From positions 64,001 to 128,000 of the forward strand of contig JBHGAY010000006.1 in the NCBI GenBank assembly GCA_041946735.1: DNA of 64,000 bases. The letters are read 5' to 3'. Shown piece by piece: positions 8,369 to 20,457 of this stretch. The first letter of the stretch is position 1; the number at the start of each line of letters is the position of its first letter. Below the pieces are notes generated by a model. That model ran no database searches. It was given only the letters and a program-made list of their open reading frames with translations, and was not told the origin of the DNA. The position numbers and the translations under genes were made by a program. This stretch comes from Candidatus Eiseniibacteriota bacterium. Lineage in GTDB: Bacteria > Eisenbacteria > RBG-16-71-46 > CAIMUX01 > VGJL01.

Positions 8369-9847
8369 TTGTCAGGGGGCAGCGCGGTTCAGGATTTCGG
8401 ACAGAATTGGGAAGAAGTACTCGTCTCCCTCCGATCCAGCCTCGACAACGAACAACGCTTCGCGACCTGGTTTCGCCCTCTTATACTGAAGTCGCTCGAA
8501 GGGGAGCACCTGACGCTCGAGGTGCCCAATCCGTTCTTCATCGATTGGTTCGAGGAGCACAACCTTCCGATCCTCCAGCACGCTCTGCGGGAAGCCTGGG
8601 GCTGGGAGCCGAGAGTCTCCTTCGTCGTTCGCGAGAATTTCAAGGAGATCTTCCGACAGGAGGCGGAGAAGCAGCGGTGTTTCTCTCCGGTCTCGCAGCC
8701 GCAGCCGCAGCCTTCCCAGAAGGCTACGCTGGGCGAGGGGAATCTCAACCCGCGCTTCAGCTTCGAGAACTTCGTCGTCGGCCGGAGCAACGAGCTTGCC
8801 CACGCCGCATGCCAGGCGGTGGCCAAGGACCCGGGGCACGTCTACAACCCGCTTTTCGTCTACGGCGGCGCCGGTCTCGGGAAGACCCACCTGATGCACG
8901 CCATCGGCCTGGTCGTGCAGGCGGGCGATCACCGCAGGAAGGTCCAGTACGTTCCGGCAGAGACCTTCATGAACGACATGATCGAGGCGATCCGCGCAGG
9001 AACCACGCAGCAGTTCCGCGATCACTACAGGCGCCTCGACTGCCTGTTGATCGACGACATCCAGTTCCTCGCCGGACGCGGCAGAACCGAGGAGGAGTTC
9101 TTCCACACTTTCAACAGCCTCTACGACGCGAACAAGCAGGTGATCATCAGCTGCGACCGCCGGCCGAACGACCTGACGAGCCTTGAGGAGAGACTGACGT
9201 CGCGCTTTCAGTGCGGACTGGTCGCCGACATTCATCCGCCCGACCTCGAGACTCGCATGGCGATTCTCCGGCAAAAATCTTCCCGCGATGGGCTCGACAT
9301 TTCCGACCGGATCCTGTTCCTGCTGGCAGAAAACATTCGCGCGAACATCCGTGAGTTGGAGGGAGCGCTCATTCGCCTTTCCGCACTCTCGTCCTTGACG
9401 TCGAGTCCGGTGACCGAGGAATTGGCGCGAGACGCTCTCCGCGACTACCTGAAAGGAATCGGCTCCGGCCCGCCGGACATCGGCGCTATTCAGAGAATTG
9501 TGGCGAAATACTTTGAGGTGACCGTCGAATCGATGCGAGGCAAGCGCCGGACGAGCCAGGTGGCGCTCGCCCGGCAGACAGCGATGTATCTCGCGAAGCA
9601 GCGCACCGGCATGACCCTGGTCGAGATCGGCAAGCGGTTCGGCAACCGGGATCACAGCACGGTGATCTACGCCCTCACCCGGGTCGGCGACGAGATGAGC
9701 AAGAGCCAGGAGTTCCGCGACAAGATCGCGCGGATCGAAGAGGAACTGAATGGCCCTCTCTCTTCGTTGTCGGCCGGGAGAGCTCCCGCTACGGCTTCGT
9801 CGGCGTCGACCTTGTCGAGTTCTTCCGAAAAGTCGGGGGAAGCTTGA
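8369..9847 (+). CDS. dnaA: Chromosomal replication initiator DnaA
   Basis: YNPLFVYGGAGLGKTHL, LLIDDIQF, RELEGAL, RDHSTVIYA; TTG start chosen from GGAGG at 8359-8363. Confidence 0.98.
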   Translation: MSGGSAVQDFGQNWEEVLVSLRSSLDNEQRFATWFRPLILKSLEGEHLTLEVPNPFFIDWFEEHNLPILQHALREAWGWEPRVSFVVRENFKEIFRQEAEKQRCFSPVSQPQPQPSQKATLGEGNLNPRFSFENFVVGRSNELAHAACQAVAKDPGHVYNPLFVYGGAGLGKTHLMHAIGLVVQAGDHRRKVQYVPAETFMNDMIEAIRAGTTQQFRDHYRRLDCLLIDDIQFLAGRGRTEEEFFHTFNSLYDANKQVIISCDRRPNDLTSLEERLTSRFQCGLVADIHPPDLETRMAILRQKSSRDGLDISDRILFLLAENIRANIRELEGALIRLSALSSLTSSPVTEELARDALRDYLKGIGSGPPDIGAIQRIVAKYFEVTVESMRGKRRTSQVALARQTAMYLAKQRTGMTLVEIGKRFGNRDHSTVIYALTRVGDEMSKSQEFRDKIARIEEELNGPLSSLSAGRAPATASSASTLSSSSEKSGEA

Positions 9848-9859
9848 ACGACCGCTCCG

Positions 9860-10060
9860 GTCCTTTCCCCGCTTTCCACGTAGAGAACGCGGGGAGGAGC
9901 CGCGCGCGTGGAAGGAACGCCGGTTCTCCCCAAAGATCCCGGCGTTCTTTCGACGCCCCCTGCCGTCGCGCAAACGACGATTGGTCCTTGCGATCGATTC
10001 ATGAACGCGCTGTTGCTCACGGTCCTCACATCCCTACGGCTACTACGATCTCGATCCAAA
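9860..10060. promoter_or_regulatory. oriC sub-region between dnaA and dnaN with probable DnaA-trio unwinding site
   Basis: Box-like CTTTCCACG 9872, CGTGGAAGG 9907; TTGCTCACG-GTCCTCACA-TCC-CTACGGCTACTACGA at 10013-10048. Confidence 0.6.
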
Positions 10061-10385
10061 CATCGAAGAAGAGAAGAAGCGGAGTCCCGAAAGGAGGGCT
10101 AGCCCATCGGCCACGGCGGGAAGCACCCGGGAGACGGCACAGCGATCCCGGGGAAACCAAGGTGTCTGGGAGGCGGCCTTGCCTTTGCTAACCGTTGCAC
10201 TTAGGATAGATTCTCTACCGCAGGTTGCGACGCGCGCGTTCTACCGGACGACCCCGGAACCGGGCGTCTTCCGGGGGCCGCTGCATGGGTTTCTCCGGCC
10301 GGAGCATCCAGGTCTGGGCGTGGATCGCTCCGGCAAATCGAGTCCCAGGACGGTGCACCCACGCTGATGTGCGGAGGGGGGTGAA

Positions 10386-11545
10386 ATGGACTTCTCGGTC
10401 GTTCAGAGTGAGCTGCTGCGAACCCTGCAACTCGTCGTCTCCGTGGTTCCGGCGAAAAGCGTGCTGCAGAACGTGCACTCCTCCGTCCTCGTACGGTCCA
10501 CGGAGGACGGGCGGGTCCGGCTCGAAGGAACCGATGCGGATCAGTACATGACGGCGGAGCTTCGAGCGACGGTCGAGGCGCCGGGGACCGTGGCCGTCCA
10601 AGGGCGCCGCTTTCTCGAAATCGTGAAGGAGCTGCCGCCCGGCACCGTCCGGCTCCGCCTGAAGGGCTCGTCGCTCGAGGTCTCCTCCGGACAAGGGAAG
10701 TTCCGGCTCGTGACCCGTAGCGCCGAGGACTTCCCTGCGTTCCCCGAGGTGGAGGACTCTAATTCCGTGGAGGTCCCCGCTCGGGAGGTGGAGCGGCTTG
10801 CGCGCAGTACGGCCTATGCCGTCTCCACAGACGATTCCCGTACCGAGCTGAGCGGCGTCCTCGTCGAGGTCGTTGGGCAGGAAATCCGGTTCGTCGGAAC
10901 CGACGGCCATCGCCTTTCGCGTGCGATGTATCCGGTCGCCTCGTCGAAGGACTGGAAGTTCCTCGTTCCGCCTCGGACCCTCAACACGCTTCAGAGGTTG
11001 ATATCGGAGGGCGAATCGAACGTCCGCATCTCCGCGGACGCCACCCACGTTCGAATCGAAGTCGGCGCCAACCAGCTCTCCGCCCGCTTGCTTCGCGGCG
11101 AATACCCGAACTACGAGCGCGTGATCCCGACCGGCAACGACAAGATCGCCGTCGTCAAGACCGAGACGCTCTTGGCCGCGGTTCGAAGGGTGGGGATCTT
11201 CAGCGACAGCTTCACGCGTCGCGTGACCCTGTCCCTCGAGCCCGGCAGTCTCCGGGTCAGTGTCCAGACGCAGGACGTCGGCGAGGCGGAGGAACTCCTC
11301 GAAGCTCGCTACGACGGAGAGCCGATGCGGATCAGCTACAACGCCGGCTACTTGACCGAGATGCTGCGCACGATCGAGAGCGAGGAGCTCCAGATGGCTT
11401 TCAAGGGCCCGATGCAAGCGGGCCTGTTCCGGCCGGAAGGAGAGGGCTCCGCGAGCCTGCTCTGCCTCGTCATGCCGCTGCGCCTGCCCGACGAGGAACC
11501 GCTCGCCGCTCCCCAGCCGGAGCGCGAAGGCAGCCGGGCGGCGTC

Positions 11546-11549
<4 letters not shown>
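10386..11549 (+). CDS. dnaN: DNA polymerase III beta clamp
   Basis: GTDGHRL, GEYPNYERVIP, LCLVMPLR. Confidence 0.97.
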
Positions 11550-13815
<2,266 letters not shown>

Positions 13816-13875
13816 CCGGTAGCCGGGCGTTAGGGGTGCCGCGGCCGATCCGCGGCGGGAAGAACCAGCAGAGGT

Positions 13876-16590
13876 ATGGAAGAGAAGCGCGAGAAGCTCG
13901 TCCCGGTCTCGATCGAGGACGAGATGCGGTCATCGTACATCGACTATTCCATGAGCGTCATCGTGTCGCGGGCCCTTCCGGACGCGCGCGACGGCCTGAA
14001 GCCGGTGCACCGGCGCATCCTGGTCGCGATGAACGACCTTTCGCTCTATCACGACCGCCCGTATCGCAAGAGCGCGAAGATCACGGGCGACGTCACCGGC
14101 AACTATCATCCGCACGGCACCATCGCGGTGTACGACACGATGGTGCGACTCGTGCAGAACTTCTCCCTCCGGTACCCACTGGTCGACGGCCAAGGGAACT
14201 TCGGATCGATCGACGGCGACGCGGCGGCGGCGGAGCGCTACACCGAGGCCCGCTTGTCCCGGATCGCCGAGGAGATGCTTCGCGATCTCGAGAAGCAGAC
14301 GGTCGACTTCCGTCCCAACTACGACGAGACCCGGCAGGAGCCGATCGTGCTCCCGTCGGCCTTCCCGAACCTGATCGTCAACGGGACGAGCGGGATCGCC
14401 GTCGGAATGGCGACCAACATCCCGCCGCACAACCTTCGTGAGACGGTCGACGCTCTGATTCACCTGATCGACGATCCGGACTGCGGCATCGAGGATCTCT
14501 GCCGCTTCATCCAAGGGCCCGACTTCCCGACGGGCGGGATCATCTACGGCCGGCAGGGGATCGTAGACACCTACACGCAGGGCCACGGCCTGATCATCGT
14601 GAGGGCGAGGGCGACGATCGAGTCGCTACGCGGCGGCAAGGAAGCGATCGTCGTCACCGAGGTCCCGTACATGGTGAACAAGGCGGCGCTCGTCGAGCGG
14701 ATCGCCGCGCTGGTGAAGGAAGGCTCGATCGCCGGGATCTCCGACATCCGGGACGAGTCGGACAGGGAGGGACTGCGGGTCGTCATCGAGCTGAAGCGGG
14801 ACGGCCAGCCGCGCGTGGTCCTCAACCAGCTCTACAAGCACACGCAGATGCAGTGCACGTTCGGCGCAAACATGCTCGCCCTGGTCGGCAACCGGCCGCG
14901 CGTGCTCAATCTGAAGGAGCTGCTGCAGGTCTTCGTCGACCACCGAGTCGACGTCGTGGAGAAGCGGACCCGTTTCGATCTCGCGCAGGCGGAGAAACGG
15001 GCGCACATCCTCGAGGGTCTGCGGATCGCGCTGGATCATCTCGACGAGATCATCACGCTGATCCGGGGATCGGCTGATGTGGACGCTGCGCGCAAGGGCC
15101 TGCAGGATGGCTTCGGCCTTTCGGAGGAGCAGGCGAACGCGATCCTCGAGATGCGTCTGCAGCGGCTGACCGGTCTCGAGCGCAAGAAGATCGACGACGA
15201 GTACTTCGAGACGATCGAGAAGATCCGCCGCTTCAAGGAAATCCTCGCCGACCGCCGGCTCGTTCTCGGGCTCATCAAAGACGAGCTCGCCGAGATGCGC
15301 GAGTCGTTCGGCGACGCCCGGCGCACGGAGATCGCCGCCGGCGAGGAGCTGTCCGCGTTCGAGGTCGAGGATCTGATCCCGGACGAGGACATGGTGATCA
15401 CGATCAGCCACTCCGGTTACATCAAGCGCGTCCCGATGGTGAGCTACCGTGCGCAGCATCGAGGAGGCAAGGGACTGACGGGAGCGTCGGTCAAGGACAA
15501 CGACTTCGTGGAGCACCTCTTCGTCGCTTCCACGCACAGCTACATCCTCCTCTTCACGAATCGGGGGAGGTGTCACTGGCTGAAGGTCCACGAGATTCCC
15601 CAGGCGAATCGAACGGCGAGGGGCCGCTCGATCCTGAACCTCGTGAACATCGGCCAGGAGGAGAGGATCACCGCCTACGTGCCGGTGCGCGGCTTCGTCG
15701 AAGGAGCCTATCTGCTCCTGGCGACGAGGCTCGGCCGCATCAAGAAGACGCCGCTCCGCGCCTACTCGAACCCGCGGCGCGCCGGGATCCAGGGAATCCT
15801 GCTTTCGGAAGGGGACACCCTGATCGCCGCCGAGCTGACCGACGGCGAGCGGGAGATCATCCTGGCGACGAAGCGCGGCAAGGCGATCCGCTTCCAGGAG
15901 TCGCGGGTCCGGTCGATGGGGCGAGTCTCGAGCGGCGTACGCGGGATCCGTCGCCGGGGCGCCGAGGACGAGGTCGTCGGCATGGTCGTCGTCCGCGATC
16001 CTTCGATGACCCTCCTCACCGTGACCGAGAACGGTTACGGAAAGCGGAGCCGCATCGAGGACTACCGGGTGACCGATCGGGGAGGCCAGGGCGTCCTGAA
16101 CGTCCGGATCTCCAAGCGAAACGGACAAGTGGTGGCGATCAAGGCGGTCCGCGACAGCGACGAGCTGATGGTGATCAGCCAGGGCGGGCAGGTGATCCGC
16201 CTCCGCCTCGCGCAGGTGTCGGTCCTCGGGCGCGCCACGCAGGGGGTCCGGCTGATCGACCTCGATCCGAGCGATCGGGTGATGGACGTCGCGACGATCG
16301 CCACGGAGGACGAGGAGGAGGGAGCCACTCCGCCGGCCGCAAGAGGACCGAATGGAGGCTCGACGCCGCCGGCGGACGCGGGCGGGTCGCGTCCCGGGAC
16401 GGAGATGGGGACGGATGCGGATGCCTCGGCCGACGCCGACGCGGACGCCGACGCGGACGTGGATGCTGACGCCGACTTGGAGGCCGATGACGAGGCGGAT
16501 GCGGACGGCGATGCCGACGCCGATACCGAGGACTCCCCCGCGGCGAGCGAGGCCGACGCGGACGATGGGGGCGACGCCGAGCCGGCCTAG
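13876..16590 (+). CDS. gyrA: DNA gyrase subunit A with long acidic tail
   Basis: DGLKPVHRR, YHPHG, AAAERYTE (catalytic Tyr), GyrA-box QHRGGKG, Asp/Ala-repeat tail. Confidence 0.98.
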   Translation: MEEKREKLVPVSIEDEMRSSYIDYSMSVIVSRALPDARDGLKPVHRRILVAMNDLSLYHDRPYRKSAKITGDVTGNYHPHGTIAVYDTMVRLVQNFSLRYPLVDGQGNFGSIDGDAAAAERYTEARLSRIAEEMLRDLEKQTVDFRPNYDETRQEPIVLPSAFPNLIVNGTSGIAVGMATNIPPHNLRETVDALIHLIDDPDCGIEDLCRFIQGPDFPTGGIIYGRQGIVDTYTQGHGLIIVRARATIESLRGGKEAIVVTEVPYMVNKAALVERIAALVKEGSIAGISDIRDESDREGLRVVIELKRDGQPRVVLNQLYKHTQMQCTFGANMLALVGNRPRVLNLKELLQVFVDHRVDVVEKRTRFDLAQAEKRAHILEGLRIALDHLDEIITLIRGSADVDAARKGLQDGFGLSEEQANAILEMRLQRLTGLERKKIDDEYFETIEKIRRFKEILADRRLVLGLIKDELAEMRESFGDARRTEIAAGEELSAFEVEDLIPDEDMVITISHSGYIKRVPMVSYRAQHRGGKGLTGASVKDNDFVEHLFVASTHSYILLFTNRGRCHWLKVHEIPQANRTARGRSILNLVNIGQEERITAYVPVRGFVEGAYLLLATRLGRIKKTPLRAYSNPRRAGIQGILLSEGDTLIAAELTDGEREIILATKRGKAIRFQESRVRSMGRVSSGVRGIRRRGAEDEVVGMVVVRDPSMTLLTVTENGYGKRSRIEDYRVTDRGGQGVLNVRISKRNGQVVAIKAVRDSDELMVISQGGQVIRLRLAQVSVLGRATQGVRLIDLDPSDRVMDVATIATEDEEEGATPPAARGPNGGSTPPADAGGSRPGTEMGTDADASADADADADADVDADADLEADDEADADGDADADTEDSPAASEADADDGGDAEPA

Positions 16591-16657
16591 GGCCGCTCGA
16601 GCGACCAGGATCGTGAACGTGCGGGCATTCTCACGAGCGCGAGGAAGGGGAGCCAGA

Positions 16658-17305
16658 ATGCAGGATGCGGGTCCTGCCGGGACGAAGATCAGCGAGTACA
16701 CCGTCCGGCGCCTGAGCGTCTACTACCGGATTCTCGAGGACGTCGAGAGGAGCGGGACCGAGGTCGTCTCCTCCGCGGCCCTCGCCGATCTCGCCGGGAC
16801 GAATCCGGCCCAGATCCGGAAAGATCTGTCGTACTTCGGCAACTTCGGCAAGCGTGGCCGCGGCTATCGTGTCACCGCCTTGAAGGACGAGATCAAGTCG
16901 ATCCTCGGTCTACACCGCTCGTGGAAGGTGGTGCTCGCCGGGGCGGGGAATCTCGGGCATGCGCTCTGCAGCTACAAGGACTTCGGAAGGCACGGCTTCC
17001 AGATCGTCGCCGTGTTCGACATCGATCCGGAGAAGATCGGACAAAGCTGGGACGGCATCCCGATACACCACATCGACGACTGCAAAGAGGTGATCGCGGG
17101 GACCGGCGCCGAGCTGGCGATCGTCGCCACTCCCGGATTGGCCGCCCAGTCCGCCTTCGACAGCCTCCGCGCCGCCGGAATCCGCGGCTTCCTGAACTTC
17201 GCCCCTCGCAAGGTCGAGGCGGATCCAGCCACGCAGCTGCGCTACGTCGACATCACGATCGAGCTCGAAGGGCTCACCTACGCCCTCCACTCCGCTCGCG
17301 AGTGA
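16658..17305 (+). CDS. rex: Redox-sensing transcriptional repressor Rex
   Basis: TVRRLSVYYR, QIRKDLSYFG.FGKRGRGY, GAGNLG, LNFAP. Confidence 0.95.
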   Translation: MQDAGPAGTKISEYTVRRLSVYYRILEDVERSGTEVVSSAALADLAGTNPAQIRKDLSYFGNFGKRGRGYRVTALKDEIKSILGLHRSWKVVLAGAGNLGHALCSYKDFGRHGFQIVAVFDIDPEKIGQSWDGIPIHHIDDCKEVIAGTGAELAIVATPGLAAQSAFDSLRAAGIRGFLNFAPRKVEADPATQLRYVDITIELEGLTYALHSARE

Positions 17306-17328
17306 TCGAATCCCGGATCGGAGGACGG

Positions 17329-20300
17329 ATGTTCCAACCGGTGGACCCCAAGCAGGACTTCATTGCGCTCGAGCACAGGATCCTCGACTTCTGGCGGGAG
17401 CGGCGGATCTTCGAGAAGCGGATGGAGAAGAACGCCGGGAAGAAGCCCTGGTCGTTCCTGGACGGTCCCATCACCGCGAACAACCCGATGGGGGTGCATC
17501 ACGCCTGGGGGCGCACCTACAAGGACGTCTTCCAGCGGTACATGGCGATGCGCGGCTTCGACCAGCGCTATCAGAACGGATTCGATTGCCAGGGCCTCTG
17601 GCTCGAGGTCGAGACGGAGAAGGACCTCGGGTTCAATTCGAAGAGGGACATCGAGGCGTACGGTCTCGACAATTTCTCGCGCCAGTGCCGGGCCCGCGTG
17701 GACCGGTTCAGCGACGTCCAGGCCCAGCAGTCGATCCGCCTCGGCCAATGGATGCGGTGGGACGACTCGTACTACACGATGTCGGACACGAACATCGAGT
17801 ACATCTGGCACTTCCTGAAGATCTGCCGCGAGAAGGGATGGCTGTACGAAGGGCACCGCGCGATGCCGTGGTGCACCCGGTGCGGGACGAGCCTCTCGCA
17901 GCACGAGCTGGCCGAAGGGTACGAGGAGGTGAGCGACACCTCCGTCTACCTCCGCTTCCCGCTCCTCGACCGTCCGGACGCCTCGCTCCTCGTCTGGACC
18001 ACGACGCCCTGGACGCTGACCTCCAACGTGGCCGCCGCCGTCAATCCGGACCTCGAGTACGTCGACGTTCTGCTGGACGGCCACCACTACTACCTCAGCC
18101 GTGGCGCGATGAAGAGCGCCTTGAAGGGCAAGGGGGAGGTGGCCGGCACGCTCCGTGGCTCCGAGATGCTCGGCTGGCGCTACAAGGGACCGTTCGACGA
18201 GCTGCCGGTCGCCGAGGGGCTCGAGCACCGCGTGATCCCGTGGGACGAGGTCGGCGAGGAGGAGGGGACCGGCATCGTCCATATCGCGCCGGGATGCGGC
18301 GCGGAGGACAACGAGCTCGGCAAGCTCCACGGACTCCGGGTGATCGCTCCGCTCGACGGCAACGGCATCTACATCGGCGGTTTCGGCTGGCTGACCGGGA
18401 TGGACGTCCATGACGTCGAGAAGCCGATCCTGCAGAACCTGAAGGAGAAGGGGGTCTTCTTCCGGCAGGAGGCGTACCGGCACCGCTATCCGCACTGCTG
18501 GCGCTGCAAGGAGAAGCTCGTCTTCCGGGTCGAGGACGAATGGTTCATCGCCTGCGATGAGATCCGCCCGTTGATGAAGGCCCAGAGCGAGACGGTTCGC
18601 TACGTTCCCGAGTCGGTCGGCAAGCGCGTGCTCGACTGGTACAACAACATGGGGGACTGGTGCATCTCCCGCAAGCGGTACTGGGGGCTCCCGCTGCCGT
18701 TCTACTGGTGTCCGGATCGACACCTGACCTTGATCGGCAGCCGGAGCGAGCTGCGGGAGCGCGCGATCGATCCGTCGGTGGTCGACCGCCTTCCGGAGCT
18801 GCACCGTCCCTGGATCGACGAGGTGAAGATCCGCTGCGCGGAGTGCGGGCAAACGGCGGAGCGGGTCCCGGACGTCGGCGACTGCTGGCTCGACGCGGGA
18901 ATCGTCCCCTTCTCGACCCTCCGTTATCTCGAGGATCGCGGCTACTGGGAGAAGTGGTTCCCCGCCGAGCTGGTCTGCGAGATGCGCGAGCAGATCCGGC
19001 TCTGGTTCTACTCGATGATGTTCCTGTCGGTGACCCTGACCGGCCGCACACCGTACAAGGCGGTCTTCGCCTACGAGAAGGTCTACGACGAGCAGGGCAA
19101 GCCGATGCACAAGAGCCACGGCAACGCGATCTGGTTCGACGAGGCGGTCGAGAAGATGGGCGCGGACGTCATGCGCTGGCTCTACTGCGCCTACAACCCC
19201 TCGTTCAACCTCCGCTTCGGCTATCACGTCGCGGACGAGGTGCGGCGCAAGCTCCTCGTTCTGTGGAACGTCTACGGCTTCTTCGTCACCTACGCCTCGC
19301 TCGACCGGTTCGATCCCGCCACGGCACGGATCGAGGAGACGCTGGGGCAGAGCCGCAACCCGCTCGACCGGTGGATCCTGTCCGCCTTGCACGGGCAGAT
19401 CGCCGACTTCCACGCCCGGATGGACGCCTACGACGTCGACGGAGCGGTGCGAGGGGCGGAGGAGTTCATCGACGCGCTCTCGACCTGGTACGTCCGGCGC
19501 AGCCGCCGCCGCTTCTGGAGGAGCGGGGACGACGAGGACAAGCTCTTCGCCTACCGCACGCTACACCACGTGCTGACGACGCTCGCCCGGCAGCTCGCCC
19601 CGGTGATCCCCTTCCTGACCGAGGAGATCTGGGGCAACCTGATGGGCCCGAAGATGAAGGCGAACGGGAGCGAAGGGCTCGAGTCGGTGCACCTGACCGA
19701 CTTTCCCGAGGCGCGCGCCGACCTGATCGACGAGGCGCTCAACCGGCGGATGGAGGCGCTCCTCGAGGCGGTGCGCCTCGGCCGGGCGGCCCGCGAGAAG
19801 GTGCAGATCAAGATTCGCCAGCCGCTGTCCCGGATGTGGCTCGTCGCGCTCTCGGGCCAGCTCCCCGCCTTCGGCGAGGACCTGATGCGGGAGATGGCGG
19901 AGGAGCTGAACGTCAAGGAGGTCCGGACGGACCGCCACGCCTCCGAGGTCGGGGAAGCGACCATCAAGCTGAACTTCCCCGTGCTCGGCAAGCGGCTCGG
20001 CGGGTCGATGAAGGCGGTGCAGAACGACGTGCGCGACGGACGGTGGGAGCTGGCGCCGGACGGAAGGCTTCTCGTCGGAGAGCACCCCCTCGAGCCGGAG
20101 GAATTCGAGCTGGCCTACCAGCCGCGCGCGGGACTCGCGCTGGCGACCGACGGCCGTATGCTGGTCGCGATCGACACCGAGCTGACCGAGGACCTGCTCA
20201 TGGAAGGCTACGCGCGAGAGCTGATCCGCGCCGTCCAGGATCTCCGCAAGCGGGCCGGCTACCAGGTCGAGGACCGGATCGAGCTCCGATGGGAGGCGGT

Positions 20301-20457
20301 CGATCCGGCCGTGACCCGGACGATGGAGAAGTTCACTTCGGGAATTGCCGGGGAGACGCTCGCGGCCGCCGTCCACGAAGGGCATGGGCTCGTCGACATG
20401 GAAGCGACCGTCGAGCTGGGGCCGGATCTCAGTTGCTGGATCGGCGTCCGAAGATAG
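17329..20457 (+). CDS. ileS: Isoleucyl-tRNA synthetase, type 2
   Basis: DGPITAN, WTTTPWTL and GTGIVH editing motifs, DWCISRKRYWG, WYVRRSRRRFW, type-2 C-terminus. Confidence 0.95.
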   Translation: MFQPVDPKQDFIALEHRILDFWRERRIFEKRMEKNAGKKPWSFLDGPITANNPMGVHHAWGRTYKDVFQRYMAMRGFDQRYQNGFDCQGLWLEVETEKDLGFNSKRDIEAYGLDNFSRQCRARVDRFSDVQAQQSIRLGQWMRWDDSYYTMSDTNIEYIWHFLKICREKGWLYEGHRAMPWCTRCGTSLSQHELAEGYEEVSDTSVYLRFPLLDRPDASLLVWTTTPWTLTSNVAAAVNPDLEYVDVLLDGHHYYLSRGAMKSALKGKGEVAGTLRGSEMLGWRYKGPFDELPVAEGLEHRVIPWDEVGEEEGTGIVHIAPGCGAEDNELGKLHGLRVIAPLDGNGIYIGGFGWLTGMDVHDVEKPILQNLKEKGVFFRQEAYRHRYPHCWRCKEKLVFRVEDEWFIACDEIRPLMKAQSETVRYVPESVGKRVLDWYNNMGDWCISRKRYWGLPLPFYWCPDRHLTLIGSRSELRERAIDPSVVDRLPELHRPWIDEVKIRCAECGQTAERVPDVGDCWLDAGIVPFSTLRYLEDRGYWEKWFPAELVCEMREQIRLWFYSMMFLSVTLTGRTPYKAVFAYEKVYDEQGKPMHKSHGNAIWFDEAVEKMGADVMRWLYCAYNPSFNLRFGYHVADEVRRKLLVLWNVYGFFVTYASLDRFDPATARIEETLGQSRNPLDRWILSALHGQIADFHARMDAYDVDGAVRGAEEFIDALSTWYVRRSRRRFWRSGDDEDKLFAYRTLHHVLTTLARQLAPVIPFLTEEIWGNLMGPKMKANGSEGLESVHLTDFPEARADLIDEALNRRMEALLEAVRLGRAAREKVQIKIRQPLSRMWLVALSGQLPAFGEDLMREMAEELNVKEVRTDRHASEVGEATIKLNFPVLGKRLGGSMKAVQNDVRDGRWELAPDGRLLVGEHPLEPEEFELAYQPRAGLALATDGRMLVAIDTELTEDLLMEGYARELIRAVQDLRKRAGYQVEDRIELRWEAVDPAVTRTMEKFTSGIAGETLAAAVHEGHGLVDMEATVELGPDLSCWIGVRR

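Noticed and set aside
16611..16636. TCGTGA-N14-TCACGA upstream of rex as a Rex operator
   Set aside because: Spacing does not fit the 18-bp TTGTGAA-N4-TTCACAA operator; may be a hairpin or chance.
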